Below, in pieces: positions 24,250 to 37,861 of a DNA stretch of 64,000 nucleotides. The translations under genes and the position numbers were made by a program. This DNA comes from Takakia lepidozioides (lineage: Eukaryota > Plantae > Bryophyta). The notes below the pieces were generated by a model, which was not told where the DNA came from, did no database searches, and saw only the letters and a list, made by a program, of their open reading frames with translations. The stretch spans positions 33,914,001-33,978,000 of the forward strand of contig CM060731.1 of assembly GCA_030704615.1 (NCBI GenBank), given 5' to 3'. Each line of letters begins with the position of its first letter. The stretch's first letter is position 1.

Positions 24250-25197
24250 GTTAGAAATATTCTTCAACATCTCCTCTTGCTCTTGTTCTCCTTTCGTTCT
24301 CTCATTCAGTTTGCACATCCACTGGAAATTTCGACCATAAGTCCGCACCACGACCATCATCTTCTGCAAAATAATCACAATCACATATCAAGATTGTGCA
24401 AATATGTATAGAAGCAAATAAAATGTTGACTCACTCAGTGGGAGATGCAGTTGGCTCTCCCTTCTCGGAGTAGAACTGGTATCTGATCTTTGCGCGGACA
24501 AAAATCGCGCAGACCACGAAGGCTTGGTGAAAGGTGAAATGTGACCCCAGGCGTACATCTACCACTATGGACTCATCATACTGGTAGTGGATGTCGTATG
24601 AGAGTAGCTTGTACACATCACGAAGCTCTTTGAATATTTGATGCCGCTGGTGCTCAGGAACCCGTCTTATTTTTAACGCAATTCTAAGGGTCCTCATGAA
24701 CTCCTGATCGCCCACAGTGAGCTCACGGATATTGGTTGTAGCGGATCCGTGGTCTGATATTCGCCCACTTGCCACCGATTTCTCCGCCCAATGCTCTGGG
24801 CATTTGGAAACACAATTCGTAAATATTAATACAAGTGGAGTTTAAAATTAGACATAGCAAAAACTTCAATAAATTTCAATTGTTGCAGCGCACTCACCCA
24901 TGGCGTAGAATAAACCGGCAACATCCTATCCACCCAAGCCACCGTCCTCTTCAATTCAATCTTCATCTCAGCAGCCCTCAAATCAGCCTTCTTCAATTCA
25001 ATCTTCAGCTCTGAGACCTCAGCAGCCCTCAAATCCGCCTTAATCTTCAGCTCTGAGACCTCAACAGCGAGTTCCTGAACCTTCTTGTACAGAGGCTCGA
25101 ATGGTACATCCTCGGAGCTGAACAACCTAGATGGCACCAATCTTCGCAAACCCAAAGCATGAAAGCGCACTGAAATCTCCCGCATGGCCGCCATCAT
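24250..25197 (-). CDS. Unknown intron-containing gene: basic transit-like N-terminus, tandem coiled-coil repeats, globular domain with Y..LS..IH motif
   Basis: Exon 25197-24898 with GTGAGT donor; exon about 24794-24434 with GTGAGT donor; further short exon(s) at about 24363-24250. 3' end uncertain. Confidence 0.5.
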
Positions 25198-26620
25198 CTT
25201 GCAGTTGCTTACACATGTCAATATGGAAAGTAGAAGTGGTGATTGAACATAGACCCCTACTCTCAATCAAATTGCCAACTGAACTGTGCTAAGTTCCTTG
25301 TCAAAGGTGAGGTGGTCTTATTGGGTGACTTCAATGCCATGTAAGTAAAAAGAAAGTCCTAAATCCATACCTGTACAACCCATTAATACTCCATCTATAC
25401 CAGACTGCAGCGGAAGAGAAAACCTGGTCTAAATGGATTATTTGACTTCTTGTTTTGAAGTAGCATGCTAACTGTCTTTCTTAACTATCGTCCCAGGTAG
25501 GTGGTGGCCTTCCTTTGATCGTCCTCTTCATCTTCTTCTGCCTTTGTTTTTGGTATCGTGCACTGCTCGCATATGACACTGCAGAGCTGCTTACTTCATA
25601 CTTCAGGTGATATCCTGCTTTGCTTCCATGCTAACAAGTCGATCTTACATGGGTGTGCAGACAATCTGGTGGACGGACTGCCCTCTACTAGCTGTGATCA
25701 ACCTCTACTTCTAATCTTCCCGGCATGTTAGTGGAATCGCTCAAGCTTCATTCTACGTGGATACAACTTGCACGCTGGATCCTAAGCTCAATGATCCTTA
25801 TCACCCCTTATGATGCTAGCTAAACATGACCATTCCTACTTCAAATCTCACATGATTCACATGCCCCATACTTTATCACAATCAACGCAGTCTTTACTTC
25901 AGAGCCGAAAACTAGAACAAAAAGAGAGAGATCACCATCCAGTCTCCACTACTCTTATACTTGGGCTGATCCCTAACTCCACCTTATCCCGCCGTCTCCT
26001 TCACGTGATTATTAAATAGCAAGTCAACAATATTTAAGATCCTACAGCTTTTGGACATCAAGTATGGCGGCCACCGGGTCTTATCCCCCTCTGTGCCACA
26101 GGCCCATCAACTTCTAAAAACATACGATTCCCACGTGTTTTGTTTCTCAACCACTCTTTTAGCTGCATGCCACTTGCTAATATTTAATATGGCCACCCTG
26201 TTCCTAAATTACTGCTACATCTCCTTTATTTCCGCGATTTCATCCCATCAATGATAACTTGATCTCACATTTCATCCCTCTGCCAACCCGTCATTCATCT
26301 GGTACTCAATCCATGTTTGAATGAAAAATTGGCGATTTCATCCGCTTCTCCTTAATGAAAAGTCGCGACTTCATTGCATCCTTGAGCCCCACAAACCCTA
26401 CGTGCTTTGTCTGTTTCTTGCATGCCTTCCGTGTTTTGCTCATCACCTCCCTTCGACCTACAGCCCCACCATTGGGCCTTTTGGTGAGGATGAACTGAAT
26501 TTCTAATGGAAGACGGTCAAATAAACAGAAAAACACAGCCACAGTAGAGATTGTGGGCAAGACACAATGCGAGTCAGAAAATGAGCGGGAAGATATATTT
26601 TACAAAACAGAGAGACGTAC

Positions 26621-26800
26621 GTTGCGGAAAGAAAGTGGATGAAGATCTTGGCACTTTCAGAGAAGGCAAGAAGAGCATCCTTAATCACAGGAATATCCTT
26701 CTCTCCTCCCAGTGCGCATGGGCGAGCTCCGCAAGCTTCCCTTTCACAATTCTCTTCACATTGGCCTGCGGTAGGTCTCGCTCTCTGGCCCTGCTGCCAT
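26621..26800 (-). pseudogene. DPB4: Histone-fold DNA polymerase epsilon subunit DPB4 / NF-YB11-like, first exon, two frameshifts
   Basis: DLPQANVKRIVKGKLAE..KDALLAFSESAKIFIHFLSAT followed by a GTACGT donor. Confidence 0.85.
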
Positions 26801-27208
26801 CCCTCCTCCCCTCTTCTCTCCCTCTTCCCTTGCAGACTTCTCTTCTCCCAACATCTCTTGTACAGGAAGCTCCCCATCATGACCTGAGGGGGTTTGACAT
26901 AGACCTAATTGACAGACAAAATGGTTTAGGATGGGAACATGTTCTCTGTTCCCAATCAAAATGAGACGTTCAGACCCGGATCCGCTCCGGCCCACTTCGT
27001 CTCCTTCTTCGCTTCCTTGTTGAACCGTCTGCCTCCGAGCGTGTGGTAATTCTCCACAGAAACTGCTCGCATAGATGCCAATCTGATGGATCCGGGTGCA
27101 CTGAAAACTCGAAAAGACAACAAATGGGGAGGAGTTTCTTGCAGACGGAATCGGAAGCTTTCACTCGTGATTGGGTGGGAAAGACTACTCAGTCACTTTC
27201 CCCCCCCC

Positions 27209-27257
<49 letters not shown>

Positions 27258-28699
27258 CTTTTTGTTTTTTCGTTGTTGCCCCCTCCCTCTCTTCAATCTT
27301 GTTATTGTAATTTCCAATTTTTTCTTTATTTTAAAGAAAATAACATGTAGGAACTTCCCATATTTCCTTGTATCCAAATCCAAGTGGATTTAAACAGTGA
27401 ACAGGGATTCATGATTACAAAAATGTTTTGAAAAACATAAAGTTTAATCAGGATAACAAGGGGTACTCTTTATCCAATTATTTTTCTCATTGCCCCTAAT
27501 TTTGGTCTCTTGGAAGTTTGATCCTTGGACCAGTTAAATTTTATTTAATCTAAAGCCAGATAAATATCTGATATGATCCTCTACAATTGTTCACTATATT
27601 TTGTGTTCCTTGAGGTGTAATCCCTGGGCCATCTGAATACCACTTAAACCATTGGGTTTCGACCCCTGGACCACTGAAACTGGTAGGTGAAGCCCTCTGT
27701 GGCATCATGCTAGCACTAGTGGTGTGAAACAATGATGATTTATGCAAGTCGCCCTTGTTTAATCTGTAACATATCATGATATGATTATAGGGCAACATAC
27801 TGACTTACTTTTTGCCCCAAGTAAGCCTGTAACACATCATATTATGATGATGTACGTGGCAGCGTAACGGGGAGGCATACTCTTTCGTATGATCAAACGA
27901 GCTTTTGACGACTCTGTATCCTAAGGGTAACTTCCTGCTGTCAGAAATGAGATGCTCACAGGGAGGAGTTTGGACAAAGAATATGCAGACCACGGTGGTT
28001 TGTATAGCCCTACCTGATCATAAACGCATTGGTATGGTAAATGGTCCTAATAATGCGCAGTTCGCAACAATGTTCCCAATATTGCGCACCTGATTGCGCA
28101 GTTTGGATGAATGTTATACGTTATCATCCAGAACATTCCATCCACTTTCTACCTGTCACTTCCATGCATTCATCCACGCGCTTCATGCTTCTTGCTTCCC
28201 GCCTCTGCTCCCCACAGCTGATTGTCACGAGATCGGGCATTGCCATGGCGTGAACTCCATCGATCTGGCAGAGCAATTACATACAAGGTCTCCATCATAT
28301 CTTCATAAAAATGTTGCCATCACATTTTCCACAAAATATCCATGAAACAAGTCAATGCGGTTATGGAATCTGTCTCATATTCAAAATCGTGAACCTTACA
28401 TCTACAACAATGGAGCGACAATGAGGATGCAGCCACGAATGGTCAACTGGAAACAGCAGCGGCAACATCACAATTGATAGAACAAGGCACTGCTAATGAA
28501 GGCACCTTCTTCAACACATTTCAGCCTATTTTTCCTATTATCAGAGTTGTCCCTAAATTTTCATGTTGAATTCTGCAAGTTAGCTCGTTGGTGTAAGAGG
28601 GCCGGATTTCAAGCTCCAGATTACCTATGATGGAAGAATTTTTGTCGTTGAATGCCACCGCAACATATTTACTGACGTTAGCCTCTAGCTCCCAAACGG

Positions 28700-28910
28700 G
28701 TCATGGCAGCAGGGTCAAAAAATGAATATTGCCGACCACGTAGCCCGCATTGGCATTGTCCTCTTCTTCTCTGCATCTGTTTATTGTTCTAAGGTAGACT
28801 CCCGCCCGCAATTTAGATTTTAGTCTAGTGCTGATTGTAGCTAGGCCCTTCAAATCATCCTTAAGGTCCTCAGCCATGTTGCAAGTTGAATAGATGTTTC
28901 TTGCTGTAGC
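28700..28910 (-). mobile_element. Degenerate fragment of the same LINE family
   Basis: CNMAEDLKDDLKGLATISTRLKSKLRAG..NIHFL. Confidence 0.75.
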
Positions 28911-30465
28911 GGCTTGGCTGTCAGTACCAACAAAAGCACAAGAATATGGGCTATGCACTGCACCTTCATGTTTTCATATGTACCGCCATCCTCCAATGGC
29001 TTTAGTGTGGATGGATCACGGTGAAACCTTTTGAAACCATCCATATCTTAAACCCTTCCCATTTTGACTACCATGTTTATCTCATAAGTGGTTTTGATGG
29101 GGGCCGTATCAAATCTGAGTACAGGTGGTGAAGCAGTTCAGGATTCCACATCTGTTTGAACTTCCTATCAGACCCAAAGTAAGTACTCATTGTGGTTAGC
29201 TCATTTTCAAGGGTATACTGTTTTTTCTCAATGCGGATCACTTTTATGATTGAATAATGTAAGAGTTTGACAGATTCTTTGAAATTGTGTGGCAGTAATC
29301 CACTAATATTCCCAAATAATCAAATCTGAAGGATGAATGTCTATATCTGGTCTCTGTCATTGAAGGATCAACATGTATTATGGCTACACAATCATGTAGC
29401 AGCAATCAGGACTAAGGGCCATCAGCCACCAGGAATTGCCAAGAAAGAAAGGCCCTTCAGGTTTAGATGAAAGTGAATCAAGGACCCAACTCTTGTTTGG
29501 AGAGATAGTGGGATAAATTCAAGAGTCACCAATTTGAAATTCCCTCCAGCCCTTGACAAAGGTAGAAGGAATCAATGTCACCATAGTCAAGAAACCGAAA
29601 TCACTACTAGGCCGTTCAATATGATTTGTCTATTGCTCATGTGTAGAGACTCTCTAACTTTTCCAGTGAATGGTTGCACTGGTGTCCGACTCATCATTTT
29701 GTCATATTGCCATACAATAATGATCCATGAATAATGAGATGCAGATGCAGAAGGGAACCGTGCAATCTGGACATCGAGAGAAACATTTATCCCTTTTAAC
29801 TGCCTCATGTGAGTTGTATATGCGCTTGAGTGTCCTCTGCCCTGCCTTGGCATTGGAGGTTATCTGAAGGTTTGAAGTGCCCATGCATTCATTCAGTAAG
29901 TTTGCAACGGAAGAGCAAGATCGTTGAGTGCAAGAATGTGGTCAAATTCACTGACACACATGTACAAACTATTACATATGTGGGTCTATATTTTACGTAG
30001 AAATTTATATATCTAAGTACAATGCACATACGTGCACTGAACATAAGGGCCATGCTGTCTATTGGGCAGGTTTTTCCAGCAAATCAAGAGAACTTCCACA
30101 AAAGTACAGACAAGGCATACTGGAAGGTAGTGGCACAACTGCTTCCCAATGAACTGTCAAGATTTCTATAGGTGAAGGGTCGCGGCAAAGATCTAAGGAC
30201 AGAAAAATTGGTGTGGAGGCCAACAAGGGTCCCAAGCTTGAAAAGCCTATGATTTAGGCCGCATGCGGCATGTCCTTCTGAAGCTGAAGCAAAATACAGG
30301 GTGGATCTGCTTGCCAATTGTTTGACGTGTGACAAGGGAGATGTATCCACTTTGTTTCTAGGTGTACATGTGCTAAGGGAAATAGGGTGAATAAGGTAGC
30401 ACAAAATGGTGAAAGCGTGCAAGGGGTCTTCTCCCTTAGTGTGGGGGAAGAGAGTTCATCTTGTC

Positions 30466-31800
30466 ATGACACCTGCCCCGAGATTCAAACGAAAATGTAA
30501 GGAGCGTGGCAAGTGGACAGAAGAATCAATGAAAGAAGCTCTCAAAAGCATTCAGTCAGGGCAAATGGGTAGGAAACTTGGCCCACCCACTGCTTTGAGA
30601 CCAGATGAACTGTTGAAATGGTGTGAGGATATGCAAGTTGTAGCCTATTGTGTATCTTTGCAGATGTTAAAAAGCAAAGTCAAGCAAATTTGTGAAGGTC
30701 GTTCCACACCTTTCAAAGCTGGAATGCCCGGGAATAAGTGGTGGAGGTTTTTCCAATTGAGGTTGCGGACGCCACAAGGACTCGATGCTAAGAGAGCAAA
30801 GAATGTGAGTCCAGAGCGATGTAGTCCTTCTACCAGTTCATTGGTGAAACATATGCCAGGTCCAAGTTCTTACCATCTCATGTATGGAATGTCGACGAAA
30901 CAGGACTTTCAGCAAGCATAAAGATTGGTAGAGCCAAAGTCATTGCAAGGAAAGGAAGCAAGGAAGTTTTGACTAGGAGTTCTGGTCGAGAATGGCTGAC
31001 AGTTGTAGTTTGCATCAACGCAAGTGGACAACGGATACCATCTCAATACATTTTTATCTGGAAATTCAATTCGTGAGAACTATATCATCAATTGCGTTGC
31101 AGGGGCAAGAATGAGTGTATAGCCAAGTGGGTGGATGACTTGTTCATTGAGTGGTTAAAGCACTTTCAGTAGTCCGTGCCTGGAGGAGTAAGTCCTGACA
31201 ACCCACAAATTTTTCTCCTGTTGGATGGCTCTGGAAGCCATCTCACAGAGGAGGCTGTGAAAATTACGCGAGATATGGGTTTACAAGTGGCCCTACTACC
31301 CCCTCACACTTCACATAGGCTTCAACCATTGGATGTGCCAGTCTTTCGAGCATTCAAGCTGAGGTTCGGCCAGCTGCGGGAAGAGATGATTGCAGCAAAC
31401 CCAAAGTGGTTGAATGGCAATGGCAATAAGGTGGCATTGGCAACTTTGGCATCTCAGGCCCTCGAGGCAGCTTGCACTATGGAGAACGTTAAAGCAGGGT
31501 TCCGCAAAACAGGGATATTTCCATTAGATCCACATAGTCTCATATGGGCCCAAGTACAATATTTGACTCCAATGACCTTGACAGGGGTTCAACCTCAAGT
31601 TCAGGGCATCGTGAAGACTCGGGGTCTGACAAAGAATCAACCCATGAGAGCCCTTTTAATGACAACATTGAAAATCCACCAGAGTCTCTCTTGGACATGA
31701 TGGTCTTTAGTGAAGAAGAAGAGTTATCACAACGTGTGTCACAGCTTAGCATTGATGAGCCTAGGCCGACACTTGTGGATCTTGTTACATTACCAAGCCT
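30466..31800 (+). pseudogene. pogo/Tigger-type (CENP-B HTH plus DDE_1) transposase, degenerate
   Basis: RGKWTEESMKEAL (psq-like HTH); PGNKWWRFF; WNVDETG; LLLDGSGSH; LPPHTSHRLQPLDV; AGFRKTGIFP. Stops and frameshifts present. Confidence 0.92.
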
Positions 31801-31904
31801 CCCACCACCTCGTATAGAGAAGATCGAGGGCAGACTATTGCATCGCAAGCGTGCATCACTGGCTCGAAGTATGAGGAGTACTCTGATTGGGCATTTTTTA
31901 TAGA

Positions 31905-33065
31905 AACCGATCTCATATCTGCGCATACTTTTGCATCATTTGTTGCATACTGGCAACACTTGGACATTGCATGCCCAAAACAGCTACCCACAAATGGAGA
32001 ATCCAACCCCAAACACGCACATGAGACCACCGAATTCAAAGCATTGGTCAAAGTGACCAAGTTACCTCCCTCATCTTTGACGTAAGCAATAATGCGAGTA
32101 TTGAGGCCATACTTCACAAGAAGATTGTTGACTTGATGTGCCATGGCAGCCCCAGATGTGTCAGGTGTCTCAAACATGCCAAGACTCACATGACATTGCT
32201 CCCACTGTTCATTAATAAAGTGCGCTATGATGACAAAAGTGTCAGTTCCCCCTCTTACATCCACAAATCAAAACTCACGGAGCAAGTAGCACAACTTTGA
32301 AGAGATGGGGACATGTAGCGCTCTTTCGTCTTCTCCTCATTCACAAATGTCCGTCGAGAAGGGAAAACAATCCGAGGATTTTGCCTCAACACCATCATTC
32401 TTAGCCAATGGGATTCTACCAAAGACAGTGGAACCAACTCCTTTGCAATGAATAAGACTAAATCCTCATTGAACTGCTTCTGTTGATCATCATTTTGGTT
32501 GTATGGAGTGGAGCTCCTAAAAAAAGAAGCTATGTTTCCAGGAGTGGGGCCGGGCCTCTTTTTGGCTGGCCTACGGGCCTTCTCAGGTCCTTCATTTTCC
32601 CTCTCAATCCACCTACGCAAAACAATGTCATGTTCTTGATCCACATGTTTTCGAAGGGCAGAGATACCATTGGTTTTATTATAGGTCACAATGCCCTTCT
32701 TGCTTGCAGGAGTGACACCAACAGGATGACATAGAACACATCTCATTTGTTGTGGATTTGTTATGTCCACTGGAGCAGAGTCTTTTGTTGCATAGAATGC
32801 CCATGTCGAAGCAGTGCGATTGTGAGGCTTCCAAAAATCCCGTTGTTTGTCAAGTACTGGGAGCTGCGCCTCCACATCCAACACCGTGTGTGATGGCGAA
32901 ACTGTGGAAGATGACATTGCAGCCGAGGCTTGATGAGCTGATGTAAATGAGGCTTCATGATGAGCATCCTCCGCAACATGGCACTCCACCAAAGCTCTCT
33001 CATTATCAACATTGATGTCAGGAACAACTTCCCTTTCTAGTTCATCGAAAATATTGGGCTCCATG
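31905..33065 (-). pseudogene. hAT-like transposase N-terminal part with BED-type zinc finger, truncated
   Basis: TWAFY..MRCVLCH..GISALRKHVDQEH; SFDLWM; YVKDEGGNL; SCFGH (CxxH). Confidence 0.85.
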
Positions 33066-34170
33066 ACATAAAAAGCTTGTGGAACAACTCCTGTGTAAAA
33101 ACAATGCAAATAAAGAATCCAAAAGGCATTTAATAATTGTGCACAACTCATATATTTACAACTAAAAATGTAAACAACTAAAAAAATAAAGCTCAATGAA
33201 AGGGAGTTACAAGCGGGTAATGGTGGCTGGTTGGTAGGTCCCTCCCTACTTTGGGCTCCCTCCCTCCCATGCAGAATCTGCTATAACAGAAGCCAAAGGG
33301 GCTATCTCATCAACCCCCAATTGTATCAAGAATTAAAAAAAATTAAAGAAAGGGAAGATACTTACCAGTGATGATCAATGTGGGCTGGTTGGCGGGCCCC
33401 TCTTTGCTTGTGCTCCCTCCAATGTAAAATCTACCATAGTGGAGCAAGGGCTATCAGCCCCTTGGTATATCATCAAAGAAAACAGGAAAAAAAAAAGAAA
33501 AAAGAAGAAGAATGATGATCAATGATTACCATGGACCAAGGGGCTTGGTTGCAGGTGGGCCCTCCTTACTCGTCCTCCTTACCTCTTGTACCACATGCCA
33601 TAGCAGAAAAGGAGGAAGCTGATTAGCTTCATGGTGAACTAAAGCTAAAAACAGTAAAATAACCCAAAGTGGTGGATGCTTACCAACGTCACAAACTCTA
33701 CTTGCTACAGCATTGATATCCACTCGATTGCTTAGATCATTCTCTTTTGAAAAGCCCTCTTCAGTAGTTGAACAGCACTTGGAGACGACTGGATGACTAA
33801 ATCACTGACAACCAAGACCAGGTTGACTTTCAAGTGAAGACAGCCAGAATGCAGTGCCACGTGGAGTAGCCAGAAACTATGAACGAGAGAGCCCCTGAAG
33901 GAGAGGATGGAAGAGACGGGGGGATGGCTGCTCACATACCTCCTCTCGCCAGTCAACATTGTTCAAGATTCCCTGACACACAGCGAAAAGAGGAACACCC
34001 TTGTACAAAACCTGCATAAGCACCTTATTCAGCTCCACCTGCAGCTATCATACCATCCCACAATAGAACTTCTTGGAAATGAACAGTGCGGAGACCCCTC
34101 TAATTTGGTGCAAATCAATTTTGCCAATACAATAACCCACAGAATGGTGAACAAAAGAAAAGGGGGTTAC

Positions 34171-34995
34171 CTCACTCGCTGCAAAACCTGGGTAAATTTC
34201 AACCCCAAGTTTCTCTGCTTTCCCTCCTAGCCACCGCACCAGCTCACTCAAGCTATTCAAAGCATAGCACATGGTTATGGAAGGCTTCAACAAGCATTGC
34301 CAATAGCTGGCTCTCACATAGAATAATACCCCTTGCTTTTGTCTCTGTGGTTAAGCACGAGTGTTTGTTCCAATCGAGGGTTTAGGATTTACCAAGCTTC
34401 CTGGGATTTGGTGGCCCACTGAATCATGGTGGAAGACATGCTGCTACTTTCCTATGTAGAACAGGTATTGAAGTGTACAGAGAGACGGGGAAGAGACAGT
34501 TGCATGCAGGAAACTATAATTTCCACAAAGTTGAATATGTGGAGAAAACAAAAATATTACACTCAAGCCGGAGTAGGAGAGTAGAAGCTGACCTAATAAC
34601 AAAGTTACTATTGTTGTTGAAGGAAGATGGGAGTGGCAGTGCACGTTTCTCAATAACATCCAAAATTTGTCTTCCACAACTGGCACACGCAGTGGAGCCT
34701 GTGTCAAAAGATCCAATTGATATCCTTCAACCAATCCTCATCAGCGATAATCTGCTATTATCAAATTATCATGAACGGATGTGTCTCAATTGATTAGCAC
34801 TCATCAGCAATCACTCCATTTCCAGCTGAATAACATCATGAACGGAAGACAGTCACTCCCCAAGCCATCTACCTCTCTTGCATCATCCAGTTTTCATAAG
34901 TATGGACTGAGGACATACGCCTTGATCCTTCCAATCTGGAAGGAGCTCACTGAGTGCCCGTGGTTCAAACACATTTCCCGAAAGTATGTGTGCAC
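34171..34995 (-). pseudogene. ETFQO: ETF-ubiquinone oxidoreductase, three internal exons only
   Basis: Exons 34995-34919 (GAHILSGNVFEPRALSELLPDWK), 34698-34593 (APLRVPVVEDKFW, frameshifted) and 34252-34171 (SLSELVRWLGGKAEKLGVEIYPGFAASE), with GT-AG introns. Confidence 0.88.
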
Positions 34996-35289
34996 CTGCC
35001 ACATATACAGGAACAGTCAGGCGCCGAGGTTCTGTATAAATCTCTGTTGCACGATGAACAACATTGATCATGGCAATAGACACTGAGGCAAGGAAGCAAC
35101 CTATTGTCATTACGCCCCAACCAACTTGCTATCCATTATGTGCTGCAAAAGTACAAATTGGTCATCCAAAGCTAGCCTGGCTGTCATCCAGATTGTACAA
35201 CTAAGCACCGTACAAGAGAGGGGCAGAGAGCTGACCTCTTTCTGGGTTAATTCTTCTCGGTTGGTCTGAATTCATCTAGATTATGTAGC

Positions 35290-37510
35290 TAGCACAGAAG
35301 CGAATAGTCTCAGTCCCAGTGAGTCGTGTCAATGGTGCAGCAATTTTGGAGTAGTCATTGATGAAGATTCTATAGAAATTTGCAAAGCCTAGAAAACATT
35401 GTACATCTCGGACCGAAGTTGGTTTAATCCACTCGATGATGGTTTGTATTTTCTTCTGATCCATAAAGACGCCTTTGTCAGAAATAATGTAGCCCAGAAA
35501 TTCGACCTCAGATTGATGGAAAAGACATTTCTCAACTTGGCATATAGTCCTCTTTCTCTTAATTTATCAAGGATAATGCGTACATGGCGGCCATGTTCTT
35601 CTTCATTCTGTGAAAATATCAAAATGTCGTCCAAATAGATGACTACAAAGTCATCTAAAAATTCTCGAAAGATGTCATTCATCATATGTTGGAAAATTGC
35701 TGGAGCATTGGTAAGACCGAAAGACATAACATTGTATTCAAAATGTCCATACCTTATTTGAAAAGCTGTTTTTCATTCGTTTCCTTCTTTTATCCGTATA
35801 AGGTTATAAGCTCATCTCAAGTCGATTTTGGTGAAAATCTTCGTTCGCCCCAGCTGGTCGAGAAGCCCAGAAATCAACGGCAACGGATAACGATTCTTGA
35901 TTGTGACTTTGTTGAGACCGCGATAGTCGACATACATGCGTAATGATCCGTCCTTCTTTTCCACAAACAAGATAGGCGCCCCCACGGGTGATTTTGAATG
36001 TCGGATGAAGTGCTTCGACAAATTTTCATCAATGTATTCACGTAATGCAACCAACTCCGTCTGGGATAAATTATAGATTGGGCCGAATGGTGGTTGGGCT
36101 CCTTCTTGTAACTCAATTGAACAGTCATAAGGTCGATGTTCTGACAACATGTCTGCATTTTTCTTCTCGAAGACATCTTTGAAATCTTGATATTGAGCGG
36201 GTAATGTTGAAGTACCTTTGTCTGTTGTGGTCTTGATCGATCCAGTCGAGGTCGCACGCAAGTTGTCAAAATTCGGCAGCATAAACAGAAGCAGGACGTG
36301 CTCCTTGTCGAAGATTTCGCATCTTTGTTTCTGCAACTCTCTCTCTATCATTTTCTCCAAACGTTGCAGTGAACTCGAACATGAATGCTTCAAAATTATA
36401 TAGTAAATGCGATTTTTTTTCTAATAGCGGTGCAAACCAAGATAGGGCAGTGCCTGATAGAAGGGTGCCCACGAATCCCACTTGAATACCTTCATCGGGG
36501 TAGCGTTGTGGATGTAGTCGTAGGAACAGTCGTACTAGTTGAACAAAACCGCGAAATCTTGATCTTGTCCCATCAAATTTCTCGGGCATGCTGATCTTTG
36601 GTGTCGTAATCTGTTGAAGATGAACTGTTGCAGTAGGGACTCGTATGGTTGAAGATCCATTGTTCGACTTCTTTAACTCTGAAATTTGTTGTTGCAAATT
36701 GTGGAGAGCGTTGCCAAGATCTTGAGACTGATCAGCTTGCAATTGGGCGGTAGATGTACGAAGTTCTTGCATCTGGAGCTGAAGACTCTGCAATGTGGTG
36801 ACAATTTCCGCAAATGTGCCTTCCATCTTAACTAACTAAAGAACAAACTTTAGTCTCGTCAAACTGTCAAGGACGAGAACATGACTGAACACAAACAAGA
36901 GATAAGACTAGAGGTACAAGGCTAGACAAAAAGTCAAGGTCGGTGTGGCTAAATGCACGATGAGTAAATATGAATCAAGACGATCTTTTTATAACAATGA
37001 ACAAGAGTACAAGATATTGGAACACGACTTGAATACTGGAATGCTGGAAACTGGACTAGAGTACCAAATACTAGAAACTGGGCTAGGGTACTGGGAACTG
37101 GACTGGAGTACTAGGAACTGGAAACAAGAGTAGCTTGAACTAGTGTTGGCGAGACTGAAGAGTGTCCAGTCTTGCCTCCTATATATACTGGCTACTAAGA
37201 AGCTTCCCCAAGAAGCTTCCCTTATGGAGGTTTCTTGCTAGAGAAGTTTCCAAGATTAAACAAAGGTTTCTTGATGGAGAAGCTTCCTTAAACAAATGAG
37301 GTATCTTGATGGAGAAGTTTCCTCCAAAAGAAGCTTCCTGAGTAATTTACTCTTGGTAATTTGGTAAACTCCCGGTAACTTGGTAAGTAATGGTAAATCA
37401 TGGTAGATCATGGTAAATCACGATAAATCATGGTAACTTTCGGTAACATGGTAACTTGATAACTTCTGGTATTTACTCCTGGTAAGTTCTTCTAGGCTAT
37501 GTCCGTGACA
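35290..37510 (-). mobile_element. Tcn1/Tf1-sushi-like Gypsy element: 5' LTR, gag, RT; protease deleted, 3' part missing
   Basis: LTR 36865-37510 (TGTCA(A/C)GGAC inverted termini). gag [65 protein letters not shown]. Confidence 0.93.
36865..37510 (-). repeat. 5' LTR (646 bp) with TATA box at about 37180-37188 and TGGTAA-type short repeats
   Basis: Inverted termini; TATATATA on the minus strand; repeats at 37350-37490. Confidence 0.85.
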
Positions 37511-37861
37511 GGAAGAATTGATGGGTAGGACAAGAGATGGTGGAGCTAGTAGCTGTTGAGTAAGTGTGCCCGGAGGTATATTGTTTATAGGTTGGTTGGG
37601 GGAGCTTATGGGGATACCCTAGTGGCCAAATTAGGGAGATATGGTGTAAGAATGATAGTGATATATTGTAAAGATGTGGGAAATGGGGGTCCACATAGGT
37701 GGTGTAAAGGGGAAGTGAGGGGGTGGGGTATATGTGTATAATTTGGTTGGATGAAGTCCATTAATCCTGGTTTGTATGGCGTCCATGGGTAGGATTAGGG
37801 CTCTATTATTTTTAAATATGGATGGAAATGGGCAAGTCCAGCTAGGAGCGGGATGGGAGGT

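Noticed and set aside
27043-27393. Poly-Pro / poly-Gly ORFs (also 39283-39774)
   Set aside because: Translations of C/G homopolymer tracts in repeats.
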